Under the pieces are notes generated by a model. It worked only from the letters and a program-made list of their open reading frames with translations, made no database searches and was not told where the DNA came from. Both the position numbers and the translations under genes were made by a program. A stretch of 62,842 bases of DNA, the filler included, from Octopus bimaculoides (Eukaryota): the NCBI RefSeq assembly GCF_001194135.2. It is 6 parts of 6 records of this genome, joined end to end, with 100 filler letters (N's around TTAATTAATTAA, not from the genome) between each part and the next. Parts side by side here need not be neighbours in the genome. Positions count along the whole stretch, not along the records: positions 55,974 to 62,842 come from NW_026346130.1; 5 more parts are not named here. One strand, written 5' to 3'. Of the stretch, positions 62,040 through 62,842 are shown piece by piece. Within the stretch, counting starts at the first letter, position 1, and every line of letters begins with the position of its first letter.

Positions 62040-62245
62040 ACAGAGGGGACAAACAAGGACAGACAAAGGGATTAGAGTCGATTACATCGACCCCCAGTGC
62101 GTAACTGGTACTTATTTAATCGACCCCCGAAAGGATGAAAGGCAAAGTCGACCTCGGCGGAATTTGAACTCAGAACGTAACGGCAGACGAAATACCGCTC
62201 AGCATTTCGCCCGGCATGCTAACGATTCTGCCAGCTCGCTGCCCT
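62040..62245 (-). mobile_element. SINE family S2, near-consensus copy
   Basis: Reverse complement collinear with 9061-9260. Confidence 0.88.
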
Positions 62246-62376
62246 GAACATACAGTTGAAATATTGCTCGAATCAAGAAAGAAAATTGATATTTCGTCAC
62301 AATATCGTACCATGCTCTTCTCATTGTGTATTTTTACCTCCACGAAGTTACGTTCAATCTTCATAAATTAATAATG

Positions 62377-62408
<32 letters not shown>

Positions 62409-62454
62409 CAAAGGAAAAAAGTGTCAACAGTAATGTCTGTCTGTCATCCCTTAC

Positions 62455-62559
62455 CTCTTCCAATATCAACTATCCGTTAGACGAGTTAGTAAGGTTTTAG
62501 AGCTCACTGGTCAAACCATCAGCTTGCAACAGACGATGAACATCCATAAGACCTGATTG
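62455..62559 (-). other. Tentative non-coding (UTR or lncRNA) exon
   Basis: Minus acceptor aacttttcttgttcag| and donor GAG|gtaagg; stops in all three frames. Confidence 0.25.
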
Positions 62560-62662
62560 CTGAACAAGAAAAGTTCACAGTCAGCAGGCTTGTCCTCCTC
62601 TCCACGCACGCAGGTCACACCGCATCACAAACACCCCCTCCCCCTCGCCTGACAAATGCGCC

Positions 62663-62842
62663 CACACACACACACACACACACACCAACACCCATACACA
62701 CACGTGTGTCCCAGATGCAGAAGGTCTCTCTCTTTCACATATACGCATGCGCGTGCACACACACACACACACACACACCAACACCCATACACACACGTGT
62801 GTCCCAGATGCAGAAGGTCTCTCTCTTTCACATATACGCATG
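62663..62842. repeat. 93-bp tandem duplication with (CA)n
   Basis: Two identical units, offset 93 nt; may be an assembly duplication. Confidence 0.8.

Noticed and set aside
678-62245. tRNA-like A/B boxes at SINE heads as tRNA genes; short tandem arrays as CRISPR
   Set aside because: No cloverleaf 3' half or acceptor stem, and they continue into SINE bodies. The arrays have no unique spacers and the DNA is eukaryotic.

Overview
Animal (metazoan) genomic DNA: AT-rich, microsatellite-dense and heavily gapped. The repeat families and assembly style resemble an octopus/cephalopod draft genome (inference from recalled repeat sequences, not verified). Nearly all ORFs in the supplied track are microsatellite or N-gap artefacts, and no complete recognisable gene is present; only scattered candidate exons are seen, the best being a transmembrane-helix exon at 3714-3846 that splices in frame to a 66-nt exon at 9946-10011. 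Most of the window is mobile DNA: three tRNA-derived SINE families, RTE-tailed SINE-like repeats, RTE, CR1-like and R4/Dong-like LINE fragments, mariner remnants/MITEs, a HINE-like remnant and Penelope-like (PLE) material. The most striking signal is at the RNA level: at least four unrelated families of minimal type-I hammerhead ribozyme motifs, with about ten copies in total. One sits in a Penelope GIY-YIG insertion whose terminal repeat also carries tRNA-like Pol III A/B boxes. One is a young family with a non-canonical CUGUUGA core. Every copy whose core is visible and whose cleavage site is intact lies on the minus strand. A second theme is repeated local tandem amplification of LINE fragments (7.6-9.0, 32.9-33.6 and 59.8-60.7 kb). 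All coordinates and pairings were read by eye.
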